Assembly (NCBI GenBank): GCA_964580215.1
Contig: CAZOJT010000001.1
Location: forward strand, 126,475-190,474
Source of the DNA: an uncultured Ignavibacteria bacterium
Lineage (GTDB): Bacteria > Zixibacteria > MSB-5A5 > SM1-73
Direction of reading: 5' to 3'
Length of the DNA stretch: 64,000 nucleotides
Position numbers and translations under genes: made by a program. Positions within the stretch are counted from its first letter, which is position 1. Each line of letters begins with the position of its first letter. The notes below the pieces were generated by a model. That model saw nothing but the letters and a program-made list of their open reading frames with translations, ran no database searches and was not told the DNA's origin. This document shows positions 18,495-28,400 of the stretch, one piece after another.

Positions 18495-19646
18495 ATGAGT
18501 AAGATTGATCGCAGGCGGTTTTTGAAATGCTTTTTATGTGCGGCTGGTGGAGTGATGTTCCCTCAAGTTTTACCTGGAGGGTCTTTTCTTGATTTATCTC
18601 AGAATGCATCCGCCTCGCCCACCCGGGCTGGTCTTTCTCACGTGGAAGCGAAATATTACAAGAAGCTTGAGCATAAAGAGATAGAATGTGAGCTCTGTCC
18701 CCGAAAGTGCAAGGTAGGGGATAGGGAGAGGGGGTATTGTGGGTGTAGAGAGAACCAGAATGGGACTTACTACACACTGGTTCATTCCTACCCTTGCTCA
18801 ACTCATGTCGATCCCATCGAGAAAAAGCCCCTCTTTCATTTTCTTCCGGGAACAGATGCCTTCTCTATTGCCACAGCAGGTTGCAATCTTAACTGTAAGT
18901 TCTGTCAGAACTGGGAGATCTCCCAGGTGAGACCGGAACAGGTGAGCGCTTACTATCTTTCCCCGGAGGATGTGGCTTCTTATGCTGAACAAAGCGGGAG
19001 TAAATCAATCGCCTATACTTATTCTGAGCCAGTGGTGTTCTACGAATACATGCTGGATTGCGCCATTGCCGGAAGAAAAAGGGGGATCAAAAGCGTGGTG
19101 ATAACCGCAGGATATATAAATCATGATCCCTGGCTGGAACTGATAAGAGAGGTGGATGCCATCAAAGTGGACTTCAAAGCCTTCACCGAAGAATTCTATC
19201 AGGATATCTGTCATGGAAAGCTGAAACCGGTGATGGGCGCTTTAGTGGATCTGGCACAAAGCAACATTTGGTATGAATTGGTCTATCTGGTTGTGCCCAC
19301 CCTTAACGATAATCTCAGCGACATTAGAAGGATGTCTAAGTGGATAGTCAAAGAGCTAGGCAGAGATGTTCCAGTTCATTTCACTCGTTTTGGTCCCCGG
19401 TATCTGTTAAAGAATCTTCCTCCCACTCCAATATCCACTCTGGAAAAAGCCAGAGAGATTGCTCAAGAGGAGGGGATGAACTTCGTATATGTGGGAAACG
19501 TTCCCGGTCACAAAGGAGAGAACACTTATTGTCCTGACTGCAAACAGGTAGTGATAGAAAGAATGGGCTACCGCATCACCCAGATGAATCTGAAAAATGG
19601 CAAATGCAAGTTCTGCGGAAGGGCTATACCTGGAGTTTGGAGTTAG
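18495..19646 (+). CDS. AmmeMemoRadiSam-system-type radical SAM enzyme (AmrS-like) with N-terminal twin-arginine (Tat) signal
   Basis: Tat motif DRRRFLK followed by a hydrophobic segment and an ASA-type cleavage site. Cys clusters CELCPRKCKVG...GYCGC and the radical-SAM CNLNCKFCQNWEIS. Confidence 0.7.
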   Translation: MSKIDRRRFLKCFLCAAGGVMFPQVLPGGSFLDLSQNASASPTRAGLSHVEAKYYKKLEHKEIECELCPRKCKVGDRERGYCGCRENQNGTYYTLVHSYPCSTHVDPIEKKPLFHFLPGTDAFSIATAGCNLNCKFCQNWEISQVRPEQVSAYYLSPEDVASYAEQSGSKSIAYTYSEPVVFYEYMLDCAIAGRKRGIKSVVITAGYINHDPWLELIREVDAIKVDFKAFTEEFYQDICHGKLKPVMGALVDLAQSNIWYELVYLVVPTLNDNLSDIRRMSKWIVKELGRDVPVHFTRFGPRYLLKNLPPTPISTLEKAREIAQEEGMNFVYVGNVPGHKGENTYCPDCKQVVIERMGYRITQMNLKNGKCKFCGRAIPGVWS

Positions 19647-19658
19647 TGCGAAAATAGT

Positions 19659-19688
19659 GCCAGAACCCAATTGGGTTCTGGCTTTTTA
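19659..19688 (+). terminator. Rho-independent terminator
   Basis: gccagaaccca-attg-ggttctggc followed by TTTTT, 13 nt after the radical SAM stop codon. Confidence 0.6.
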
Positions 19689-19839
19689 CTAAAGGTGAGC
19701 AGTGTCCAATACTTCAATAACTTTTTGATTGAGTTCTTTGCGACTTTTAGTGGCTTAAGCTCTTCATAGGAAAATGAATCATAAGAATACGGTCTATAAG
19801 CTTGAAAACCTCCGTTGTTGCGGGATACCCTTCGACCTG

Positions 19840-19935
19840 CGCCCTCAGGGCAAGCCCTTACCCCGCAACATGCGTATGCTCGTATGAGTGCATACGCACA
19901 TTCATACGAATTTCTGGTTCGGGGTGAGGGCACCC
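19840..19935. repeat. Palindromic repeat (gcgtatgctcgtatgagtgcatacgcacattcatacgaat family) plus GC hairpin
   Basis: Shares the tcgtatgaatgtgcgtatgcactcatacgag word with the elements at 48690, 56480 and 63720. Confidence 0.5.
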
Positions 19936-20228
19936 CGAACCAACCTTTGCGGTAACATCCGCCTGGGCGTGGTGCGGAAGCTTGCTTCCGCAAACGTCCC
20001 GCCTCTGGCGGGATGTACTCCGGATTTTACATTTTGAACACCTCACCCCCCTGCCCCCTCTCCACCCAGACGGGTGGGCGTCTGCCCATGAAATGGAGAG
20101 GGGTTCACCATGAGGGGTTCATCCTGAAGGGGACAAAGAGGGAGAGGTTAAAGAAAGCCCGGCTTCGCATCAGGCGAAACCGGGCTCAAGTTTACCTGAA
20201 TGAGAAAAACTTATATTCACTGTAAAAG

Positions 20229-22526
20229 ATGAAGGTAAATTCGCAAAAGTTCTCCAATAGAGCCGGGTTTCTTCTGGCAGGTGTTCTTTTAGGTTTTTCC
20301 TGCATGTCCTCCCAGATCGTGCTTTTCAGAGAGATGATGGTCTCCTTCTACGGGAATGAGTTGAGTTTGGGGGTTATGCTTTCGGTATGGCTTTTCTGGG
20401 AGGGGGTGGGTGCAGCTTTGGGCAATAAGATAGCTGGCAAAAAAAGTTATTCTGCCCGAAAACTTTCCCTCTGGTATTTTTTAATCTCAGCCGCAATTCT
20501 GTTAACCATTATTCTCATAAGATTCTCCAAGCAGATTTTAGGAACCGCTCCGGCAGAGATCGTCGGCTTTTTTCCCATGTTTGTTTTCGCATTTATACTG
20601 ACGAGCTTCTTGTGTCTTTGTTTGGGGATAACCTTCGTGTTAAACTCCAAATCATGGGCATTTGATGAAAGCCTTATTTTTTCGGTTAACCGGGTGTATC
20701 TGTGGGACTCTTTGGGGGCAGGTCTGGGTGGATTTCTGGTCACCTTCGCTCTGATTCCGAATTTCTCCAATTTTAAAATAGCGGTTTTCTTATTCTCTTT
20801 GAATCTTCTTTTTTGTGTCCTCCTTTTGACCCGGGATTTAAAGAGATGGACAAAGGCTTTGGCGTGGGCAGTGGTGATTCTGGCGATTCTCGGTTTTTCC
20901 GCATCAAGACTGGGAGATTCTCTTGATCGCTTCTCCGCCAGCCGGATGTGGAGAGACTTACCTTTAATTTATTCGACAGATACCAGATATGGCAATATTT
21001 CGGTAACCAGACAGTATGAGCAGGTTACATTTTATGAAAACGGGCTGATGTTATTCTCATATCCGGATGATTTCTCAGCAGAGGAGGCGGTTCATTTCGC
21101 GCTTTTGGAACATCCTCGTCCGCGAAGCCTTCTTCTGATCGGAGGGGGAGTGGGAGGGGCGTTGTCCCAGGCACTGAAATATGATAGCTTGAAGATAGAC
21201 TATGTGGAGATAGATCCGGAATTGATAAGAACCGGGGAAGCCTATCTGCCAGAGGAGGAGACTAAATCTTTAAAAAATCCGTGGGTTGGAATTCACTTTA
21301 TGGATGGCAGGCTTTTTGTCAAGCATAGGGTAAAATGCAAAGAGGAAAAACATTATGACGTGATAATACTGAATTTGCCTGATCCCTACACCGCTCAGTT
21401 AAATCGTTTCTTCACCTTCGAGTTTTTCGGCATGATAAGTTCTATTCTAAATGAAGGAGGGGTTTTTTCCTTCAGGGTTAGCTCAGCCGAAAACTATATC
21501 AGTCGGGAGCTGAGCCTTTATCTTTCCTCCATTTATCAAACTCTGAAGTCCAGCTTTGAAGAGGTGAAGATTCTCCCCGGCTCCAATAACATCTTCCTGG
21601 CTTCAAAAAAGAAAGACATGCTTTTCGATGACTGGCAAACCATGGTGGCACGGTCGAAACAAAGAGGGATTTCTACCCGATTTGTTAATGAGAATTTTTT
21701 GCCAGATCGTCTTTCTCCCCTCAGACTTGCTTTCTTAAAGGGTGCCTTTCCCCAGAAAGGGGGCAGAACAAACTATGATTTAAAACCGGTCTGCTACTTT
21801 TACAACAGCATCCTGTGGAGCAAGCAGTTCAGGTCCTTAGAAAAACCGCTTTTGCTCTTCCTCTCCCATGTCCGCCCTGGATGGTTTATGGGGGCAACCA
21901 TCTTTGCCTTCTCAATAATCTTTCTTTTGTGTGTATTGTTGAGATCAAGGTCATCAAATCTGGCTTTGGCTGTCATCTTCGTGGCAGGTTTTACCAGCAT
22001 ATTCGTGGAGATAGTTGTGGTTTTGTCATTTCAGATATTCTATGGATATATCTATTCAATGATCGGATTGATATTTACCCTTTTTATGTTAGGACTTGTC
22101 TTTGGCGCCTTCGTTATCCAGAAGATAGCCGGTCAAAGAAAGACCAACTTCAAAGGGCTGGTTTTAGTTCAACTCCTTCAGGTGATCTTCATATTCTCTC
22201 TTCTGGTGATGATCTGGGCTTTTGCAGAAACCTCCCCTTCAGATATAGGGATAATGATCTTCTTGCTTTTGCTTATAACCATTTCGGGGCTGTTGGGAGG
22301 GATGGAGTTTACCTTAGCGAACCATCTTTTCTTGAAAAGGAGAACGACTTTAAAAGCAGGGACTGGTTATTCTATAGATCTATTGGGTGCAAGTTTAAGC
22401 TCAATTTTAGCTTCCGCCATCCTGATTCCTCTTTTAGGAATTCCCACCACTCTCATTATGATTCTGTTGATAAACATAGTCTGCTTTTGTTTTCTTTTAA
22501 TCCCCGCCAGATCACTGTCAAGTTAA
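20229..22526 (+). CDS. Membrane-fused spermidine/spermine-synthase-family protein (polyamine aminopropyltransferase-like, multi-TM N- and C-terminal regions)
   Basis: Central Rossmann-type domain LLLIGGGVGGALSQAL...DYVEIDPELI...HYDVIILNLPDPYTAQLNRFFTFEFF, flanked by about 7 and 6 TM helices. Confidence 0.7.
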   Translation: MKVNSQKFSNRAGFLLAGVLLGFSCMSSQIVLFREMMVSFYGNELSLGVMLSVWLFWEGVGAALGNKIAGKKSYSARKLSLWYFLISAAILLTIILIRFSKQILGTAPAEIVGFFPMFVFAFILTSFLCLCLGITFVLNSKSWAFDESLIFSVNRVYLWDSLGAGLGGFLVTFALIPNFSNFKIAVFLFSLNLLFCVLLLTRDLKRWTKALAWAVVILAILGFSASRLGDSLDRFSASRMWRDLPLIYSTDTRYGNISVTRQYEQVTFYENGLMLFSYPDDFSAEEAVHFALLEHPRPRSLLLIGGGVGGALSQALKYDSLKIDYVEIDPELIRTGEAYLPEEETKSLKNPWVGIHFMDGRLFVKHRVKCKEEKHYDVIILNLPDPYTAQLNRFFTFEFFGMISSILNEGGVFSFRVSSAENYISRELSLYLSSIYQTLKSSFEEVKILPGSNNIFLASKKKDMLFDDWQTMVARSKQRGISTRFVNENFLPDRLSPLRLAFLKGAFPQKGGRTNYDLKPVCYFYNSILWSKQFRSLEKPLLLFLSHVRPGWFMGATIFAFSIIFLLCVLLRSRSSNLALAVIFVAGFTSIFVEIVVVLSFQIFYGYIYSMIGLIFTLFMLGLVFGAFVIQKIAGQRKTNFKGLVLVQLLQVIFIFSLLVMIWAFAETSPSDIGIMIFLLLLITISGLLGGMEFTLANHLFLKRRTTLKAGTGYSIDLLGASLSSILASAILIPLLGIPTTLIMILLINIVCFCFLLIPARSLSS

Positions 22527-22555
22527 CGTTCCCAAAAGCTCTGAAAAAGTCATTT

Positions 22556-22663
22556 GCGTATGCTCGTCCCGCCGTTGGCGGGACGCACATTCATACGAAT
22601 TTGCGGGGTTGGTCATGCCTTAGGCAGATCCCGCCACAGGCGGGGGAGAGCCCCGTCTACGGT
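22556..22663. repeat. Composite repeat (tcgtatgaat-family fragment + family C REP)
   Basis: gcgtatgctcgtcccgccgttggcgggacgcacattcatacgaat followed by gcggggttggtcatgccttaggcagatcccgccacaggcgggggagagccccgtctacgg. Confidence 0.5.
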
Positions 22664-22837
22664 AGCAAAAGTGTTGATTTTTCGTAGGTAGGGCACCCAT
22701 GCCCGACCACTCCCTTCCACTTTTTCACAGACCTCATATAATTGACTTGACAGCCCCTCAAGCCAATTATATATTTTGACGAATTTTAGAAAGTTTCAGA
22801 GTGGTTTGCGAATTCTAACAACAAGGATAGGTGAAAC

Positions 22838-23707
22838 GTGTCGAACAGAATACAAATAGATCTGCTAGAGAAAATAGTTGGAAAAAACGGTCTCCAGATC
22901 ATTTCCGAAAGAGTTATCCTGTCCCCGGAGGATGCTCCGGCTATATCCGAGATTGTAAAATTAGCCAACCAGGAGAAGTTCAAGATACTGCCATTAGGCT
23001 CAGGCTCGAGTCTTGATTGGTCAAAACTCTCCTCCCCTCGACAAGCTCAGGGCGGTGACAGTTCGACTTCGCTCACTGTCTCTGAACAAGGTCGAAGGGA
23101 GCGAAGTCGAACCGCAGAGAATGTGGTCATCTTGAAGTCAGACAGGCTGAACAGGATCAAAAAGGTGGTTCCCGAAGATCTGTATGTGATTGTTGAGGCT
23201 GGTTTTCCTCTTAAGGATTTAAACCGTCATCTGGAATCATTTAATCTGTTTTATCCACTTGCCCCGCAAAGTACGGGGCTGGCAGATACCAGTTCTGCTG
23301 GTACTATGGGGGGAGCGGTGGCAACTAACCTTAAAGGGGAATCCGGTCATAGGAATATTCAGACCAGGGAGTATGTTCTGGCATTGGAGGTGATTGATCC
23401 CGAAGGTCAGATCTTAAACGTGGGGGCAAAGACGTTTAAATCGGTGACCGGATACGATCTTCCTCGCCTTTTTGTAGGGTCCTGGGGGAGTCTGGGCTTT
23501 ATCAGCCAGATAAGCCTAAGATTGGTGCCTGCAAGAAAAAGAAATGATTATCCGGACATAATATTTGATCCAGCCAGAATAGATGAGATCAAAGGACCAA
23601 ACAACTTCAAAACCATCTTAAGTTCCCGCATCAAGAAGTCACTGGACCCTAACGGGGTTTTCTTTAGTTTCGATTCCTTCAGGATGAATCGTTTCCTTCG
23701 ATCCTGA
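22838..23707 (+). CDS. FAD-binding PCMH-type oxidoreductase subunit (GlcE-like), GTG start
   Basis: FAD_binding_4-like ...LGSGSS...AGTMGGAVATNLKGESGHRNIQTREYVLALEVIDPEGQILNVGAKTFKSVTGYDLPRLFVGSWGSLGFI. It carries an extra segment of about 28 aa relative to GlcE. Confidence 0.65.
   Translation: MSNRIQIDLLEKIVGKNGLQIISERVILSPEDAPAISEIVKLANQEKFKILPLGSGSSLDWSKLSSPRQAQGGDSSTSLTVSEQGRRERSRTAENVVILKSDRLNRIKKVVPEDLYVIVEAGFPLKDLNRHLESFNLFYPLAPQSTGLADTSSAGTMGGAVATNLKGESGHRNIQTREYVLALEVIDPEGQILNVGAKTFKSVTGYDLPRLFVGSWGSLGFISQISLRLVPARKRNDYPDIIFDPARIDEIKGPNNFKTILSSRIKKSLDPNGVFFSFDSFRMNRFLRS
23061..23112. repeat. Perfect 14-bp inverted repeat (gttcgacttcgctc ...25 nt... gagcgaagtcgaac) lying inside the FAD-protein CDS
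   Basis: Seen directly. It coincides with the extra SSPRQAQGGDSSTSLTVSEQGRRERSRTAEN segment of the protein. Confidence 0.6.
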
Positions 23708-23967
23708 GGCTTCCCTTCTCCTGCCAAAAGCGGGATTGGTGCGAGGCAGGTCCGAAGGGCAGGATGAATCCCTTGCTTGACAGGCAATTTATCTGCGGCT
23801 ATTGTCTGAGTCGGAAAAACCATCTAAAAACTTAATTTCCCTTTGGTGAAGCCTGCCACCCATGCACGGACGCGCCCGTCTGGGGAACACCAACAAGAAG
23901 CAAGGAAACAAATTTACCCAGAAAAATTATTGTTAAAACTTAATTCACCATAAACGTTATCAAAAAT

Positions 23968-24002
23968 CCTCTTGGGTGTCAGATATGTATCCGGTCATTA
24001 CA
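23968..24002. promoter_or_regulatory. Conserved 35-bp element cctcttgggtRtcMgatatgtatcYggtcattaca (second copy at 51979-52013)
   Basis: Two near-identical copies. Both are followed by gccattttt, and this copy sits immediately 5' of a promoter-like TTGACA. Confidence 0.4.
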
Positions 24003-24020
24003 TACTAAATGCCATTTTTC

Positions 24021-24049
24021 TTGACAAAACCCGTAAAATTTGATATTTT
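24021..24049 (+). promoter_or_regulatory. Sigma-70-like promoter TTGACA-17-TATTTT with about 235-nt leader before tdh
   Basis: TTGACA at 24021-24026, a 17-nt spacer, then tatttt at 24044-24049. Confidence 0.4.
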
Positions 24050-24284
24050 GGAATGAAAGAAAATTGAGATGTTTTAAATCAGAAGAAGTTTCATGCCTAA
24101 TCAGGATAATAGATCAAAGTCGGAGAGGATAAACCAAACGTGGAATACGACTACATTGTTCTATTGAATCAGATAAAGCAGAAACCGATAAGCACGGCTC
24201 TGCTTTTAAATTTTTGTCTTTTGCGGCCCGGAGGTGTGAACCATACGGTTCATACTGCAGGATTCGTAGGAAAGGAAAGATCCC

Positions 24285-25340
24285 ATGTCTGAAAAGATGC
24301 TTGCAGTTATGAAAAAAGAAAGGGCAACCGGAGCAGAGTTGGTAACGGTTGATATCCCAAAGATCAAACCGGATGAAGTGCTGGTCAAGGTGAAAGCCAC
24401 CTCCATCTGTGGAACCGATGCACATATTTATAATTGGGATGAATGGTCGCAAAGCCGGATCAAGCCTCCCATGATTTTCGGGCATGAGTTTGCTGGAGAG
24501 GTGGTGGAGGTGGGAAATTTAGTGAAAAGAATCAAAGTGGGCGACCTTATCTCAGCCGAGACCCATATCCCCTGTGGACATTGCTTTCAATGTCTAACCG
24601 GACGACAGCATATCTGTCAGAATCTGAAAATTCTGGGTGTGGATATTGATGGCTGTTTTGCCGAGTATGCGGCAATTCCGGAAGTTTGTGCCTGGAAAAA
24701 TGACAAAAACATTCCTGTCGAGATCGCCTCGGTTCAGGAGCCTTTTGGCAATGCTACTTATGCTGTAATGGAGAGCCAGGTTTCTGCAAAAGTTATCACC
24801 ATAATGGGGGATGGACCCATCGCCTGCTTTGCCACCGGGATAGCCAGGGCAGTGGGGGCGGCGAAGATCTTTAGCGTTGGAGAGTTCCCTTATCGGGTCA
24901 ATCTTTTAAAAAAGATGGGGGCGGATGTGGCTTTGAGCATTCTCACCCATGACACGGTGAAAGAGATTTTGGATGCTACCTCCGGTGAGGGGGTAGATGT
25001 AGTCCTGGAGATGACCGGCGCTCAAAAAGCAATTGACGATGGCTTTAAGATTTTGAAAAAAGGAGGAACTTTCACCGCCTTCGGTATTCCCCCCTCCAAG
25101 ATTGAGCTTGACTTAAACGATAGTGTAATCTTCAAAAATGCGAATATCATCGGCATAAGTGGAAGATTGATGTTTGAAACCTGGTTTCAATTGAGCAATC
25201 TTTTGAAATTTAAGAAAGTGGATGTCTCACCGGTGATAACTCATAAGATGCCCTTGAAGGATTTTCACAAAGGCATGGAGGCGGTGATCTCGAAAAAAAG
25301 AGAGGCGGGAAAGGTAGTCTTCTTCCCCGAGGCAAAATGA
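24285..25340 (+). CDS. tdh: L-threonine 3-dehydrogenase (zinc-dependent MDR family)
   Basis: VKATSICGTDAHIYNWDEWSQSRIKPPMIFGHEFAGEVVEVG and CGHCFQCLTGRQHIC (structural Zn cysteines). 351 aa, typical for Tdh. Confidence 0.9.
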   Translation: MSEKMLAVMKKERATGAELVTVDIPKIKPDEVLVKVKATSICGTDAHIYNWDEWSQSRIKPPMIFGHEFAGEVVEVGNLVKRIKVGDLISAETHIPCGHCFQCLTGRQHICQNLKILGVDIDGCFAEYAAIPEVCAWKNDKNIPVEIASVQEPFGNATYAVMESQVSAKVITIMGDGPIACFATGIARAVGAAKIFSVGEFPYRVNLLKKMGADVALSILTHDTVKEILDATSGEGVDVVLEMTGAQKAIDDGFKILKKGGTFTAFGIPPSKIELDLNDSVIFKNANIIGISGRLMFETWFQLSNLLKFKKVDVSPVITHKMPLKDFHKGMEAVISKKREAGKVVFFPEAK

Positions 25341-25457
25341 AAAAGATTTGGAAGGCAGAAGTTTGCGTTTGCTTACATTACTCCTGAATTCGTATTCTAA
25401 CTTGGGCATCTGCGCGAAAAAGGGTTGTCTGCGTAATATTAAGGATAAAGCAAGATT

Positions 25458-28400
25458 ATGAGTTTAAAGATATCCCAGCTAAAATCGAAGTGGAATAAAG
25501 AGAAGAACTTCTACAAAACACAAGAAGTCGGTTCCGGCGTTCAGATATTTGTCAAAGATGTTTTGAAATCGGAGGAGATATTCAATCTCAAGGTCGGATT
25601 CGCCTCTACCCCCTTGGAACGGCGCAGAAATGAGTTTGTCGAGGAGAAAAAAACAAAAGACTCAAGAAGAGCAGACATCGTCATTTATGTTTCCCCGGAT
25701 ATTACCATCCCTGTAGAAGTTGAAAAATATCAAAATATCGAAGCGGGAATAGGGCAACTCTTACAATACCAAGCAGATTTAGATAAGAAGTATGGTATCC
25801 TAACCGATGGTTATACTTGGCGATTTTACAATAACAATATTTTCCGAAAATTCACACTTAACCAAATCTTGGATGAAACAGAAGAATTCTTAGAATTTTG
25901 GAAAGAATATACTAAGCCGGAATTCTATTACCTTTCTTTCTTCGAATCCCCGGGTCAACTCACACTTCTCAAAGAAATAGAAAAATTACTTGTTGAGGAC
26001 AACAGGCTGATTTTCTTCGAAGACATTAGAAAACTCATTCGGGGCTTTAAGCATAAATTAAATATAGAGGGATACTTTGAGGGGCTAGAAAAGAAAGAAA
26101 GAGAGAAAAAAGCAGTTGAGATTACCTATGCTTACATTATTCAGTTTATTCTGTACAAGACCTTAGTGGATAATGACTTTGATGATTTTAAAAAAGAATT
26201 TTCAAAAAAACAGAATGGCATATATGAATGTCTGAAAGTGAAACAATTCGGGAAAATCTTGGGTATAATTAACGGTATTTCTAACGAGATATCAAAAAAT
26301 ATTTATCGCCCGTTTGCCAAAGAACAAGAATTTATAACAAACAAAATTTTGGAGCTTTTTAATAAGCCAAAAAATGAATTACACGAAGTCTCCCCGTGGT
26401 TAGACATATTTGTCTTTATCAAAAAGTATAATTTCGCAAGTGTAAAAAATGAAATCTTCGGATACATTTATGAGAATTATCTAAAAGAGCTTTATGAAGA
26501 TAAAAAGAAGGGGCAATATTTTACTGACCCGGCCGTGGTCAACTTTATGCTTCGGCAAGTCGGCTATACCCCAGAAAAGTTAAGAGAAAAACTCAGAAAC
26601 GACAAAGAAAGTATTTCCTTAATAGACCCTGCTTGTGGCAGTGGCACTTTTCTTTATAGTGCAACCAATGAGCTTATTCGTGCAGTGCCTGATGGGTCAG
26701 AGGAATCATCAAAAACAATTGAAGAATTAGTGGACAATAACATCTTTGGTTTGGATATTGCAGAGTTTCCACTTTATTTAGCAGAGATGAACATTTTAAT
26801 GCGGATGTTACCGCTTATTATCACCGAGAAATACAACAATCCAATTGATAAAAAAATTAAAGTTTTCTTAACTAAAGATAGTGTTGCAGAGTTTATGGAC
26901 GCAGGCATAGAAAATACCATCAACGATATTGATGTTAGGCGGGGGCAATTTCCACTTTTTACACGAAAGCTTGAGCTTGGATACAAAAGTTATGTGAGAG
27001 ATGAAGGCGATTTGTCGGAGATGAAGCAAAGTATGCGTCCCCCTCGCCGACGTTTTGATTTTGTTATTGGCAATCCGCCGTATGTTGGATATAACGAGTG
27101 TTCTAAGCAGGACGTCTTGGTTTTTAATTTATTGAAAAAAGGCGAGGTTAGTCTCGGTGACATTTATAGTGTTAATCTACACAGTATCCCCAATACTCGA
27201 AAAAAAAGACCGCCGAAACCAAACCTATATGCTTTTTTTATTGCAACTGGTTTAGTATTGCTCAAAGACAACGGAAAACTTTGTTACATTATCCCACAGA
27301 CAATTCTAACTGCAGGTGATTTGGATGTATTACGCTATCATTTGGCAAAATTTACGACTATTGAGAAAATCATTACTTTCAGTGGTAAGATGTTTATTGG
27401 TCGTGGTATTAAACAGAATAAGCCAGTAGCTACTTCAAGTCTTATTTTTATTGTTTCAAGAAAAGTACCTTCCAGATTGCATCAAGTTGAAATTGTCAAT
27501 TATGAAAAGTCTGGGGATAGCATAGAGGATACTTTACAGAATATCTTGGACGGTAAGAGAATTGATAGGAAGAAAATCTTACAGAGTAAACTTCTCCAAA
27601 ATGTAGCAAATTGGAATTTTGTTAAGCAGGGTAAAGCATTTTGGGGTTTTTGTGAGGCGTACAAGAGAAACACAGAAAATATGGGAATTTATTACAATCA
27701 TGCGATGGCTGAGCATAAATTCAAAAGTAAATTTTATTTCGACATCGGATATAATATAAACGAGAAAATTATGCTCAAACATCCTGAGGGCAAAGGCCTT
27801 ATTTTTAGCTACCCCGATTTAAAAGACAATTTCTCGACAATTAAAGAATTCAGAGGGTACTGGCCAAACATTAGAAGTGGTACCTCGAAGTATATCATTA
27901 AGTTATTGAAGGCAAATCAAGGTTACAATTTATTGGATAGTCCACACAAAATTATTTGGTCTTACGCCAATCCTAAAAAATTTCACTTTACTTCGACTCC
28001 GGTAATTTGGGCTCGTAATCAAATATGTGCTATCGGTAGCAAAAATAAAAAGGAGCTTCTTTACCTTTTTGCAATATTAAACTCCAAAGTCACTAACGTT
28101 ATTCTTAATTCTCATTTAAAAAGTGAACAGGAAAAAGACTTATTAGTTTCTATTACAGCAGTTAAAGAATTTGTCCGTGTTCCCCGAATCTCGGACCACA
28201 CTCAATTTATCAAAGATGAAATCATCAAACGGACAGAGGAGATGCTTGAATTGGAAGAAAGGACACTTTCGGATTTTGTTGATTTTTCAGGCATTCTATT
28301 GCAAAAGTTCAAGGACATAAAAGTGAAGAAAAATTACCTTGTCGCAATAGATGGAGGCAAAAAAACGAAACTCAAAATCACGGGAGACCCTGCGCTTGTT

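Noticed and set aside
21815-22687. 290-aa + strand ORF overlapping the 3' third of the spermidine-synthase-like membrane gene
   Set aside because: It is out of frame and entirely nested in a well-supported CDS (20229-22526). The translation is low-complexity (R/S/F-rich) with no motif. I treat it as a spurious alternative-frame ORF.
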